A stretch of DNA of 64,000 nt from an uncultured Chloroflexia bacterium. GTDB taxonomy: Bacteria > Chloroflexota > Dehalococcoidia > DSTF01 > JALHUB01. Within the stretch, counting starts at the first letter, position 1. The number at the start of each line of letters is the position of its first letter. The stretch is taken from positions 768,001 through 832,000 of the forward strand of contig OY969814.1 of NCBI GenBank assembly GCA_963703345.1, in the 5' to 3' direction. The position numbers and the translations under genes are program-made. Below are positions 12,369 to 21,618 of this stretch, one piece after another. The notes under the pieces are model-generated. The model was not told the origin of the DNA. It made no database searches and was given only the letters and a program-made list of their open reading frames with translations.

Positions 12369-13361
12369 TCACGCGCCGAGGGCCTTTAGCTCCTCGAACA
12401 GCTTCTCCTCTTTCGGGGATAGTTTCTGCGGGAGGACGACCTTGACCTTGACGAAAAGATTGCCCCTCTTCGTGTTGCCGTTTTGGTGCGGCATGCCGAG
12501 CCCCTTCAGGCGGAACGTCTTGCCGTTCTGCGTGAGACGGGGGATGGTCAGCGCCACCTCTCCCTTGAGTGTCTTGACGCGTGCCTCGCCGCCGAGAACG
12601 GCGACGCTGAGAGGCACCTCGACCTCCGTGTGCAGGTCGTCGCCGCGCCTCTCGAAGCGCTCGTGCGGGCGCACCTTCACCTTCAAATAGACGTCGCCAA
12701 TGGCGTCGCCGCGAATCCGGACGCGCCCGCCGTCGGCGATGCCGGGCGGTATCTTGGCTTCGATGCGGTGCGGCTTCATGACGGTGCCCTGGCCCTGGCA
12801 ATTGTGACAGACGGCGCCCGCGACCTCGCCGCTGCCGCCGCAGGTCGGGCAGCGCTCCTGGCTGTTGATCTCGAAGAGGCGGGTCGCGCCCGTGCACGCC
12901 TCTTCCAGCGTAATCTCCACCGGCGCCTCGGTTGCCCTCGGCTGCTGGCGACTGCGACGGCCGCCGCCTCCGCCGCGGAAGAGGTCGAACAGGTTGTCTA
13001 TGCCCGGGATGTCGGAGAACTCAAACGTGCCGCCCTGACCGCCGCGTCCCGGTGCGCCGGAGAAATCGAACGTGTAGCCGGAGGCGCCGGCTCGCCCGCG
13101 CGAACGCGCCTGGCGCTGCGCCTCCTCTATCTGGTCGGCCATCTCCCAGCGATCGCCGTGGCGGTCGTACTTCTTGCGCTTTTCGGGGTCGGAGAGGACT
13201 TCGTAGGCCGCGTTGACCTCCTTGAAGCGCGCCTCAGCGGCCTTATCGCCGGGATTAACGTCAGGGTGCAGCTTGCGCGCCAGCCTTCGATACGCCTGGC
13301 GCATCTCCTTCTGGTTGGCGCTTCTGCCCACGCCGAGGGTTTCGTAGTAATCGCGCGCCAT
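12369..13361 (-). CDS. dnaJ: DnaJ-family co-chaperone (J domain, partial zinc finger)
   Basis: HPD motif, G/F-rich region, two CxxCxGxG repeats, DnaJ C-terminal domain. Confidence 0.9.
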   Translation of the reverse strand: MARDYYETLGVGRSANQKEMRQAYRRLARKLHPDVNPGDKAAEARFKEVNAAYEVLSDPEKRKKYDRHGDRWEMADQIEEAQRQARSRGRAGASGYTFDFSGAPGRGGQGGTFEFSDIPGIDNLFDLFRGGGGGRRSRQQPRATEAPVEITLEEACTGATRLFEINSQERCPTCGGSGEVAGAVCHNCQGQGTVMKPHRIEAKIPPGIADGGRVRIRGDAIGDVYLKVKVRPHERFERRGDDLHTEVEVPLSVAVLGGEARVKTLKGEVALTIPRLTQNGKTFRLKGLGMPHQNGNTKRGNLFVKVKVVLPQKLSPKEEKLFEELKALGA

Positions 13362-13378
13362 TTGCCGTCCTCTCTGTT

Positions 13379-13441
13379 ATTATGGGCCATGAACATAATG
13401 ATGTCAAGAGACTTGACAATGGTGTGTCATACTAATAGTCT
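13379..13441. promoter_or_regulatory. back-to-back sigma70 promoters for the dnaJ operon and hsp20
   Basis: Minus: TTGACA-17-CATAAT; plus: TTGACA (13413)-17-TAGTCT; the two -35 boxes form the palindrome TGTCAAGagaCTTGACA. Confidence 0.7.
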
Positions 13442-13556
13442 ATGATTGGAACGCGAAAGTTGCCGAGCAGGCAATGATTGTGAAGGCCGCCCCTGCGACG
13501 ATGAGAGGTGACAAAGTCGGAAGGGTGAGCAATGAGAAAGGTGGAGGTGAACATCA

Positions 13557-14024
13557 ATGGCTGACATAGTTCGATGGGACCCCTATCGCGAGATGGCCAG
13601 GATGACGCGGATGATGGACCGCATGTTTGACGAGATGCCTCACATCTGGCGCAGCGAGTTCGACGGCGGCGAGGGGACGTTCCCGCTCGATCTCTACGAG
13701 ACCGACAACGAGATCGTCCTCAGGGCGACGCTGCCCGGCGTGAAGCCGGAAGACGTTGACATCACTATCAGCGGCGATCTGTTGACCATCAAGGGCGAGA
13801 CGAAGCGGGAGGAAGAGAAGAAGCGCCGGAACTACTACCGACAGGAGTCGTGGTACGGCAGCTTTGTCCGGTCGATAACCCTGCCGACGCAGGTGAACGC
13901 GGACAAGGCGGAGGCGGTGTTCGAGGACGGCGTTCTGAAGCTGACGATCCCCAAGGCGGAGTCGGCGCGGCCGAAGACGATCACCGTGAAGCCGCAGAAG
14001 ATGATGGAGGCGCCGAAGAAGTAG
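13557..14024 (+). CDS. Hsp20/alpha-crystallin small heat-shock protein
   Basis: LDLYET...LPGVKPEDVDI...YGSFVRSITLP...DGVLKLTIPK. Confidence 0.94.
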   Translation: MADIVRWDPYREMARMTRMMDRMFDEMPHIWRSEFDGGEGTFPLDLYETDNEIVLRATLPGVKPEDVDITISGDLLTIKGETKREEEKKRRNYYRQESWYGSFVRSITLPTQVNADKAEAVFEDGVLKLTIPKAESARPKTITVKPQKMMEAPKK

Positions 14025-14049
14025 CCGTCGTCCAGCGCTATCGATAGCG

Positions 14050-14088
14050 AGGCTGGGTCCGCCCGTGGGCGAACCGGGCCTCTTTCTA
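14050..14088 (+). terminator. possible intrinsic terminator after hsp20
   Basis: Imperfect GC hairpin followed by ctctttct. Confidence 0.4.
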
Positions 14089-14164
14089 TCTCCCCTCGTT
14101 TGACCCTCGAATTGGGCAATGGCAAACTGGAATCGGGCCAAAGCAGCGCCCAAGAGGAAAACGC

Positions 14165-15355
14165 ATGTCCGATCTCCCGCCGGCGCCTGCCGACAGGCAT
14201 GGCAGGCGACACGCCGCGCTCCGTCGGTCCTGGCCGCTTGTCCCCGCCCTCCTGATGCTCGTCGTCTTCGGCGTCGGACTCTCCTGCACAACCGACGGAC
14301 GCGCCGCCGTAACCAGCGCCTTCTTCCTCCCCGACATGATGGCGCCTCTGCCCATCCGTCCCGTCACCTGGACGACCAGCACGCCCGTCAAGGAGTCGAT
14401 CACCATCCACTACGGCTCGAAGGAGATGCCCGCGGACGTCTATCGCCCGGGCGACGGCGGACAGCACGGTGCTATGATCCTCTCGCCGGGAGCGCCGCCG
14501 CTGGCGCCCGACGACTCGCGGCTGCTGCGCCTCGCCGGCGACGTGGCGCGGGCGGGCTTCGTAATGCTGGTCCCGTTCTCGCCCGACCTGGAGGACGAGA
14601 TGATCTACCCCAGCGAGGTGGACGCGCTGGTGAGCGACTTCCAATACCTGGAGGCGCAGCCGTACGTGAAGCCGGACAAGATCGGCTTCATCGGCGTTAG
14701 CGTCGGCGCGCCGCTGGCGCTGCTCGCCGCCTCCGACTCGCGCATCAACGACCAGGTGTCCTACGTCGTCTCCTTCGGCGGCTACTACGATGCCAACGAC
14801 GTCCTCAAGGCAACCACTACCCAGACCATCTCCTACGACGGCGTCAATGAGACCTGGCAGCCGAGCGGCCACACCGTCGCGGTCATGTACGAGCAGATCA
14901 TCAACCGGCTGGACGACGCCTACGACCGCGACGTCCTCAAGAGCGTGCTGATCGACGGCGATCCGAAGGCCGCGGACGGACTGCACATGATGACGCCGGA
15001 AGGATGGGCCGCCTACAACCTCCTGACAAACACCGATCCGGCCCGCGAAGAGGCGCTTTTGCAGCAGTTGCCGGCGGCGCCGCGGCAGGCGCTCAGCGAC
15101 TTATCACTGGACGGCAAGGTATCGGGGCTGCGCGCGGAGACGTTCATCCTCCACGACAAGACGGACCACTACGTGCCGTACACGGAGTCGCGGCGGCTGC
15201 GCGACGCCCTTCAGGGGCAGGTGAAGCTGCACTTCACCGAGGTCGATATCTTCGAGCACGTGGAGCCGACGATCAACCGCTCAGCGCACACGCTCATCAC
15301 CGACAGCGCGAAGCTATACTTCTATCTCTTCCAGATCCTGACCCGTTTCCGCTGA
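14165..15355 (+). CDS. membrane-anchored alpha/beta hydrolase-fold protein
   Basis: N-terminal TM; GFIGVSVG nucleophile elbow; HDKTD...VP; C-terminal His. Confidence 0.7.
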   Translation: MSDLPPAPADRHGRRHAALRRSWPLVPALLMLVVFGVGLSCTTDGRAAVTSAFFLPDMMAPLPIRPVTWTTSTPVKESITIHYGSKEMPADVYRPGDGGQHGAMILSPGAPPLAPDDSRLLRLAGDVARAGFVMLVPFSPDLEDEMIYPSEVDALVSDFQYLEAQPYVKPDKIGFIGVSVGAPLALLAASDSRINDQVSYVVSFGGYYDANDVLKATTTQTISYDGVNETWQPSGHTVAVMYEQIINRLDDAYDRDVLKSVLIDGDPKAADGLHMMTPEGWAAYNLLTNTDPAREEALLQQLPAAPRQALSDLSLDGKVSGLRAETFILHDKTDHYVPYTESRRLRDALQGQVKLHFTEVDIFEHVEPTINRSAHTLITDSAKLYFYLFQILTRFR

Positions 15356-15483
15356 CGGGCCCTGCCGGGCGGAAGTCCTTGACATTCTGCTGAACGTGGG
15401 TGAATACTGCCTTTGAGGTTACCCGTATTTCCGGAATTCGTGGTCTACTACGGCGGCGAATCTAAGGATTCGGACAAGGTTCA

Positions 15484-15771
15484 ATGGCGAAGTGGAGTCT
15501 TCTCACCAATCATGCGCTGGTGTTGATTGAAGTTGGGCGGCACCCGCACTCCACGCTGCGTGAGATAGCGATGTCGGCGGGAATAACGGAGCGAGCCGCT
15601 CTGTCGATCCTGCGCGCTTTGGAGGAGGATGGGCTCATCAGCCGCGAACGCCTGGGACGGCGCAATCGCTACTGGCTGCACTACGGCGCGATCCTGCGGG
15701 AGCATCGGGAGGGTGGCCTGACGATATTGCAGCTAGCGGAGCTCCTGGGGGACATCGCAAGCCGCGCCTAG
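15484..15771 (+). CDS. winged-helix transcriptional regulator
   Basis: WSLLTNHALVL...TLREIA...GITERA...GLISRERLGRRNRY. Confidence 0.85.
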   Translation: MAKWSLLTNHALVLIEVGRHPHSTLREIAMSAGITERAALSILRALEEDGLISRERLGRRNRYWLHYGAILREHREGGLTILQLAELLGDIASRA

Positions 15772-15800
15772 CCGCGGGCGGGCGGGCGTTTGCGTTAGAT

Positions 15801-15825
15801 GCCGAGGCTGGAAAGCCTCGGCTAC
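15801..15825 (-). repeat. GTAG-type REP-like hairpin
   Basis: Minus strand GTAG-CCGAGGC-TTTCCA-GCCTCGGC; near-identical to 34201-34225. Confidence 0.75.
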
Positions 15826-15849
15826 GTGTTCTTCCTGGCTATCGCTCTC

Positions 15850-17103
15850 CTAGTAATCCCCGCGTTCCCAGGCCGCGGCGTAGCCCATGCCGCTGCCCTG
15901 GCAGAGCGTCGTCAGGGCCCAGCGGCCGCCATGCTGACGTAGCTGGAAGCCGGCGGTCGTCACCAGGCGAGCGCCGGAAGCGCCCAGCGGGTGGCCCAGG
16001 GCGATTGCGCCGCCCCAGCGATTGATCCTCTCGACGACCTCATCCGACGCCTTGAGCTCCCTGATCCAGTAGTTGATGACGCAGGAAAAGGCCTCGTTCA
16101 GCTCGATGACGTCGAAGTCCTCCAGCTTCATGCCGGTGCGCTTGAGCAGCTTGGCCGTGGCCCAGCGCGGCCCGACGCCCATGACGTAGGGGTCGACGCC
16201 GATGGTCGCGGAGTGGCGGTAGGTCAGGAGAGGCTTCCAGCCGCGCTCTTTAGCGATCTCTTTCGTCGTGATGAGCGTGAGCGACGCGCCGTCGTTGCGA
16301 GGGCAGGAGTTGCCGGCGGTGACGAAGCCGTCCTCCTTCATGATCGGCCGGAGCTGGCTGAGCGCGTCCAGGTTGGTCCCCCGGCGCGGGCCCTGATCCT
16401 GGCTGATCGTCTCGCTGGAGCCATCCTTGTAGTTGATGGTTATGGGCATAATCTCGCTGTCGAAGTTCCCGGCGTCCTGGGCGGCCACGGCGAGGGAATG
16501 GCTGCGCAGCGCCCACTCGTCCGCCTCTTTGCGTGTGATGCTGAACTGGGCGTGGAGGTTCTCGGCGGTCCAGAGCATGTTCATGAGGCGCTGGTCTTTG
16601 AGCTCGAACCACCAGGGAAGCAGTTCAGCATCCTTCCAGTCGTCGGGATAGGGCGTGTCGGTTACCGGCGGGACGGGACCGGGGAAGACGCGAGGCGGCG
16701 CTGGCTTTCCGGCCGCCTCCTCCGGCGGGACGACGCCCTGGCGGTCCATCGTCTCGATGCCGCCGGCGAGAATGATGTCCGCGCCGCCGCAAGCGACGCA
16801 CTGGCAGGCCTCGACGGTGGTCTGAAGGGAGCTGGCGCACTGCGTGTTAACGTCCGTGCCCCAGATGCTGTCGGGGAGGCCGGCCTCGATCATGTAGGTG
16901 CGGGCCTTCGTGCTTCGGGACGCCAGGTGGACGGAGCCCATGTGGACTTCGTCGACGTCGCGGGCGTCGAGGTTATTTCGACGGACTATCTCCTTGAGCA
17001 GCGGGACCATCAGGTCGACGTGGGATATGGCGCGGAAGACTCCGCGACGGCCGGCGCGGCCGAAGGGGGTACGAAGGCCATCTACGACAACTGCTTCTCG
17101 CAT
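15850..17103 (-). CDS. thiolase (acetyl-CoA C-acyltransferase)
   Basis: NTQCASS, NEAF, GHPLGASG and TLCQGSGMG motifs. Confidence 0.92.
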   Translation of the reverse strand: MREAVVVDGLRTPFGRAGRRGVFRAISHVDLMVPLLKEIVRRNNLDARDVDEVHMGSVHLASRSTKARTYMIEAGLPDSIWGTDVNTQCASSLQTTVEACQCVACGGADIILAGGIETMDRQGVVPPEEAAGKPAPPRVFPGPVPPVTDTPYPDDWKDAELLPWWFELKDQRLMNMLWTAENLHAQFSITRKEADEWALRSHSLAVAAQDAGNFDSEIMPITINYKDGSSETISQDQGPRRGTNLDALSQLRPIMKEDGFVTAGNSCPRNDGASLTLITTKEIAKERGWKPLLTYRHSATIGVDPYVMGVGPRWATAKLLKRTGMKLEDFDVIELNEAFSCVINYWIRELKASDEVVERINRWGGAIALGHPLGASGARLVTTAGFQLRQHGGRWALTTLCQGSGMGYAAAWERGDY

Positions 17104-17197
17104 GATCGCAATCTCCTTCTCAAGATCGCTGTTTCAAAGGCAAGGCAAGCATATTAGGGGTGTCTTCACAGGTCAAACGCGCACCCCGGCAAAACGA

Positions 17198-17240
17198 GAG
17201 GGCCGGACGACAAGTCCGGCCCTCAGCGTTGTTCTCTTTT
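17198..17240. terminator. hairpin between the tandem thiolases
   Basis: gagggccggac-gacaa-gtccggccctc with T-rich flanks. Confidence 0.5.
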
Positions 17241-17260
17241 GCCCTCGCGGGTGGTCAGGC

Positions 17261-18511
17261 CTAGTAGTCTTCGCGCTCCCAGGCGGCGGCGTAGCCCATG
17301 CCCAGGCCCTGGCAGAGCGTGGTGAGCGCCCAGCGCCCGCCGTTGGCCTTGAGCTGGTGCGCCGACGTGGTGATGAGGCGCGGGCCGGTTCCGCCGAGCG
17401 GGTGCCCGATGGCAATGGCGCCGCCCCAGGGGTTGATGCGCTCGATCATCTTGTCGGACATGTTGAACTCGTGGATGAAGTAGTTGACGACGCAGGCGAA
17501 GGCCTCGTTGCACTCGATCACGTCGAAGTCTTCCAGCTTCATGTTGTTGCGTTCGAGCAGCTTCTTCGTCGCCCAGCGCGGGCCGATGCCCATGACGTCG
17601 GGGTCAACGCCGACGGCGGCGGAGGCGCGATAGGTCAGCATCGGCTTCCAGCCATGCTGCTTGGCGATCTCCTTGGTGGTCACCAGGCAGAGGGTAGCGC
17701 CGTCGTTCTGCGGGCAGGAGTTGCCGGCGGTAACGTAGCCGTCCTCTTTGAAGACGGGTCGCAGTCCGGCAAGCGCCTCCATGTTGGTCTCGCGACGCGG
17801 GCCCTGGTCCTTGCTAATCGTCTCGCTGCTGCCGTCCTTGTAGTTGATGGTGACGGGCATGATCTCGTCGTCGAAGCGGCCGGCGTCCTGGGCGTTGCAG
17901 GCGAGTTGCTGACTGCGCAGCGACCATTCGTCCGCCTCCTGGCGGGTGACGCCGTAGCGCGAGTGGAGGTTCTCAGCGGTGTATAGCATGTTGAAGATCT
18001 GCGGGTTCTTGACCGCGTACCACGGAGGCAAGAGCTCGGCATCTTTCCACTCGGGCGGATACGCCAGGTCGGACTTGGGCGGCATGAGCAGAGCGGCCAT
18101 TCCCCCGCCCTTCTGTCCGGCCATCTCCTCCGGAGTGGTCATGCCCTGGCGGCCCATAGTCTCGACGCCGGCGGCGAGGATTATGTCGGCCGAGCCGGCC
18201 ATGATCCTTTCGCATGCCTCGGCGGTCGTGTGAAGGCCGCTGGCGCACTGCGTGTTGACGTCGGAGCCCCAGATGTTGTCGCCGAAACCGGCTTCGAAGA
18301 GGTACTGGCGGCACTTGCTCATCGGCGTGACCAGGCCGGCGGAGCCGACGTGGAACTCGTCGATGTCCTTGGGGTCGAGGTTGTTGCGCTTGAGCATGTG
18401 CTTGATGAGGGGCACCATTAGCTCTGAGTGGGTGATGGAGCGGAACATTCCCCTTCTGCCCGCGCGCCCGAACGGCGTCCTCACGCCGTCAACTACTACT
18501 GCTTCTCTCAT
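17261..18511 (-). CDS. thiolase (paralog of 15850-17103)
   Basis: NTQCASG, NEAF, GHPLGGTG and TLCQGLGMG motifs. Confidence 0.92.
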   Translation of the reverse strand: MREAVVVDGVRTPFGRAGRRGMFRSITHSELMVPLIKHMLKRNNLDPKDIDEFHVGSAGLVTPMSKCRQYLFEAGFGDNIWGSDVNTQCASGLHTTAEACERIMAGSADIILAAGVETMGRQGMTTPEEMAGQKGGGMAALLMPPKSDLAYPPEWKDAELLPPWYAVKNPQIFNMLYTAENLHSRYGVTRQEADEWSLRSQQLACNAQDAGRFDDEIMPVTINYKDGSSETISKDQGPRRETNMEALAGLRPVFKEDGYVTAGNSCPQNDGATLCLVTTKEIAKQHGWKPMLTYRASAAVGVDPDVMGIGPRWATKKLLERNNMKLEDFDVIECNEAFACVVNYFIHEFNMSDKMIERINPWGGAIAIGHPLGGTGPRLITTSAHQLKANGGRWALTTLCQGLGMGYAAAWEREDY

Positions 18512-18607
18512 TGCAGAAACTCCTCCCTTTCAAGAGTGGCATTACTGTGGCCTACGAGATCAGGATAGGAGAGGAGGCCGTTATTGGTCAACATATTGTG
18601 CGCTGTT

Positions 18608-20092
18608 TCACGTGCTCAGTTCTTCGAAGAGGGGAGCGAAGTCGAGGCCCGAGTAGCCGATGTGCCGCGCCAGGTCTTGCACGGGGAGCCGCTGTCCCAT
18701 CGACCATAGTTCTTTGAGGCGCTCTCCCGCTTGCGCGCTGAGGAACCACTGCTCGCCCGCGTCGCCTTGCAGCCGACGGCGTAGCTGCGCCTCGAAGGCC
18801 CAGGCGCGAAGGTAGCGGGCGCAGTAGAAGCCGTCGTCGACGTCGAACAGGTAGTCGGCGGGGCTGTAGCGGACTCCGAGGCGGGCCGTAAGGAGGTCGG
18901 CGTAGCGCTTGGCCTTGGAGCGGACATCGCTGCTCCGGTGCAGCTCGAGCTCGTAGAGCAGCTTCGTGGCGTAGCGCCGCAACATGTACAGCTTGACGAA
19001 GCGCTTGAAGGCGACGAACCCGGCTGGGTCGCGCCAGCCGAGGCGCTGCTCCAGCCAGGCGGCGTCGTATGTCAGGTGCTCGACGAGGAAGGCGAAGGCC
19101 TCGGTGACGGAGTTGTCGCCCAGGCCGCGCGCGGCGAACGGCAGGACGCGGTCGGCGTGGGCGAAGTGTTCGGTGTGGCCCGCTTCGTGGAAGAGCGCCG
19201 CGTAGTCGTCCTGGCCGCCGTGCGGGTTGATAACGAGCATGACCTCGTCGGGGATGACGATCGGAGCGCAGAAGGCGCGCGGCGACTTCTGGGGTCGCGG
19301 CTCGACGTCGAGGCGGACGTTTTTCTGGCGCTGGAGGTTGACTCCCAGCGGGAGCAGCGTCTCAGTGAGCGCGGGGATGAGGCGCTCTGATGTGAAGTAG
19401 GCATCGAACTGAGGCGAGCGGAAGAGGTAGGCGAGATCGCTTCGTCCGGCGTCCGGCGGCGCGACGCCTATCTCCTGCAGGCGGCGCCCCAGCTCCAGGC
19501 GATACGCTTTCTCGCTATCCCAGAGGAACGCTTCGAGCGGCGCCGCCAGGGCGTCGAGCTCCAGCCCGCCGAGGTCCTCGCAGAGAGCGGCGTAGTCCGC
19601 ATAGCCCAGGCCGCGCGCCTCCGCCTGAAGAACGCCCCAGCGCTGCTCCCGAAGAGGGTTCTGGGCGGCCGTGAGCTCCAGCCGCAGGCCTTCGATCCGG
19701 CGGCGACGCTCCGCGTCGGGCTCGTTTGCCGTGAGGACCGGCAGGGCGCGGTAAGGGACCTCGTTGCCGTCCCACGTGGTCGTGTCGCCGGTCTCGCGGG
19801 CGGCGATCGCCTCGCTGAGCGACTTTGCGGCGTTCTCCAGGTAGCCTTCGACGGCGAAGGCGCGCAGCGGCTGCCGGCGAGGGTCGTCAAGCCGCGCTTC
19901 GGCAAGCGCGTCGAGCGTCTCTTTCGAGAACAGCGCGGCGTGGCGCTCGAAGATGGGGACGATGGACAGCTCTTCCTTGAGGCCGGCGCCGTTCAGGTAG
20001 TACTCGCGGGTGAGGTCGCGGTTGAACGTCTCCGCTTCGGCGTCCAGGCGATCGAGCAGCGAATCGGTAGCTGGGCCGCGTTTGGCCGGCAA
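18608..20092 (-). CDS. zincin metallopeptidase (M3/oligoendopeptidase-like)
   Basis: KSPRAFC, LFHEAGHTEH (HExxH), downstream VTEAFAFL glutamate. Confidence 0.7.
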   Translation of the reverse strand: MPAKRGPATDSLLDRLDAEAETFNRDLTREYYLNGAGLKEELSIVPIFERHAALFSKETLDALAEARLDDPRRQPLRAFAVEGYLENAAKSLSEAIAARETGDTTTWDGNEVPYRALPVLTANEPDAERRRRIEGLRLELTAAQNPLREQRWGVLQAEARGLGYADYAALCEDLGGLELDALAAPLEAFLWDSEKAYRLELGRRLQEIGVAPPDAGRSDLAYLFRSPQFDAYFTSERLIPALTETLLPLGVNLQRQKNVRLDVEPRPQKSPRAFCAPIVIPDEVMLVINPHGGQDDYAALFHEAGHTEHFAHADRVLPFAARGLGDNSVTEAFAFLVEHLTYDAAWLEQRLGWRDPAGFVAFKRFVKLYMLRRYATKLLYELELHRSSDVRSKAKRYADLLTARLGVRYSPADYLFDVDDGFYCARYLRAWAFEAQLRRRLQGDAGEQWFLSAQAGERLKELWSMGQRLPVQDLARHIGYSGLDFAPLFEELST

Positions 20093-20105
20093 AGGCTCCC
20101 TCCTC

Positions 20106-20600
20106 CTACGGCCTGTCGAGGTTCACGATCTCCGCGCTTGCTCGCCCATCGTCGATGCGGAGCAGCGCCACCGAGCGCCCGGCGAAGGTGAGCGTCTTGC
20201 CCGCCGCGCCGGGGTTGACGTACAGGATACCGCCTTTCTCGTTGACGAGCGAGCGGTGGGTGTGGCCCTGGACGACGACGCGGACGTTGGGGCCGGGCCG
20301 GGCGTCCTGCGGTCGGTGCACGAGGTAGACGGTCAGGCCGCCGATTCGAAGCGTCGCATCCGCCGGGAAGCGGGCGGCGATGAGCGGGTTGTCCATGTTG
20401 CCGTGGACGGCGACGACGGGCGCTATCTCCTCCAGACGGGCGATGACTGCGAGGTCGCCGATATCGCCGGCGTGGAGGATACGTTCGACGCCGCGGAAGA
20501 CGTCGGGAAGGCGTGGGTCGAAGTGGCCGTGGGTGTCGGAGACAAGACCTACAAGCATCGCAGGCGTGGCGTCAGGTCGAGAGGCGTCCGTGAGCCGCAT
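20106..20600 (-). CDS. YfcE-family metallophosphoesterase
   Basis: SDTHG, HAGD, GNMD, GHTH and NPG motifs; start may be further downstream. Confidence 0.88.
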   Translation of the reverse strand: MRLTDASRPDATPAMLVGLVSDTHGHFDPRLPDVFRGVERILHAGDIGDLAVIARLEEIAPVVAVHGNMDNPLIAARFPADATLRIGGLTVYLVHRPQDARPGPNVRVVVQGHTHRSLVNEKGGILYVNPGAAGKTLTFAGRSVALLRIDDGRASAEIVNLDRP

Positions 20601-21552
20601 CGAGGGAGATGGCGGCGGCGCCCATGGCGGCCGATCGGTCGCCCAGCGCGCCGAGAACGATGCGCACGTCCCGCCAGGCCTGCTCGAAGCACTCGCGCTG
20701 CGCCGTCTCCCGCGCCGGTCCTAGATACGGCTCGCCGATCTTCGTCAGGCTGCCGCCGAGGACGATGACCTCCGGATTGAAGACGTTGATGAGGCTTCCG
20801 AGGCCGACGCCGAGGTCGCGGCCGGCGGCGGCGATGAGCTCCCGCGCGCCATCGTCGCCCTGCTCGGCGGCCTGCTGGATGAGCTTCGCGGTCAGGGGCT
20901 GCTCGCGGGCCATGCGGGCAAGGAGCGAGTCGGGGCGTCGCGCGACAAGACGGCGACCGCGTCTCGCGATGGCAAGTCCGGAGGCGTACATCTCCAGGCA
21001 GCCGCGTCGACCGCAGTGGCAACGGGCGCCGCGGGTGTTTATCGTCATGTGGCCCACCTCGCCGGCCGCGCCCGAAGCGCCGCGGTAGAGGGCGCCGTCG
21101 ATGACGATGCCGCCGCCGATGCCGCTACTCAGGGTGAGGAAGAGCATATGGCCGGAGCCGCGACCGGCGCCCCAGCGGTGCTCGGCGAGAGCGGAGGCGT
21201 TAGCGTCGTTCTCCAGGACGCAGGGTACGCCGAACTCCTTGCCGAGGAGCGCGGCCAGCGGGACGTCGTGCCAGCCGGGCAGGTTCGGCGGTTCAGTGAT
21301 GACGCCCCGGTCGTAATCGACGGGCCCCGGCGCGTCGACGCCGACGGCGACAAGCTCGTCGATGCTTCCGTTCGCCATCGCCTGCCGCAGGGAAGCGATC
21401 ATGTGAGCGATGACGGCGGCGGGCCCCTCGCTGCCGTTCGTCGGGCGTATGTCCTCGGCCAGTACGTCGCCGCTGTGGGAGACGACGACGGAAAGTATCT
21501 TCGTGGCGCCGAGGTCGATGCCGCCGATGGGGAGTTGGTTCCTTCCGCTCAC
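20572..21552 (-). CDS. ROK-family sugar kinase (glucokinase-like)
   Basis: IDLGATK, ENDANA, GEVGH...CHCGRRGCLE. Confidence 0.9.
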   Translation of the reverse strand: MSGRNQLPIGGIDLGATKILSVVVSHSGDVLAEDIRPTNGSEGPAAVIAHMIASLRQAMANGSIDELVAVGVDAPGPVDYDRGVITEPPNLPGWHDVPLAALLGKEFGVPCVLENDANASALAEHRWGAGRGSGHMLFLTLSSGIGGGIVIDGALYRGASGAAGEVGHMTINTRGARCHCGRRGCLEMYASGLAIARRGRRLVARRPDSLLARMAREQPLTAKLIQQAAEQGDDGARELIAAAGRDLGVGLGSLINVFNPEVIVLGGSLTKIGEPYLGPARETAQRECFEQAWRDVRIVLGALGDRSAAMGAAAISLDAAHGRLST

Positions 21553-21618
21553 GGTCAGACTGTAACCGCGGGCAAAGGATGAGACAAGAGGCGAAGCGTC
21601 GAATCCCGCACCCGGGCT

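Noticed and set aside
14100-14164. ggcaaac...caaagc resembling a c-di-GMP-I riboswitch
   Set aside because: Too short; it lacks the GNRA-capped P2 and a P3 stem.
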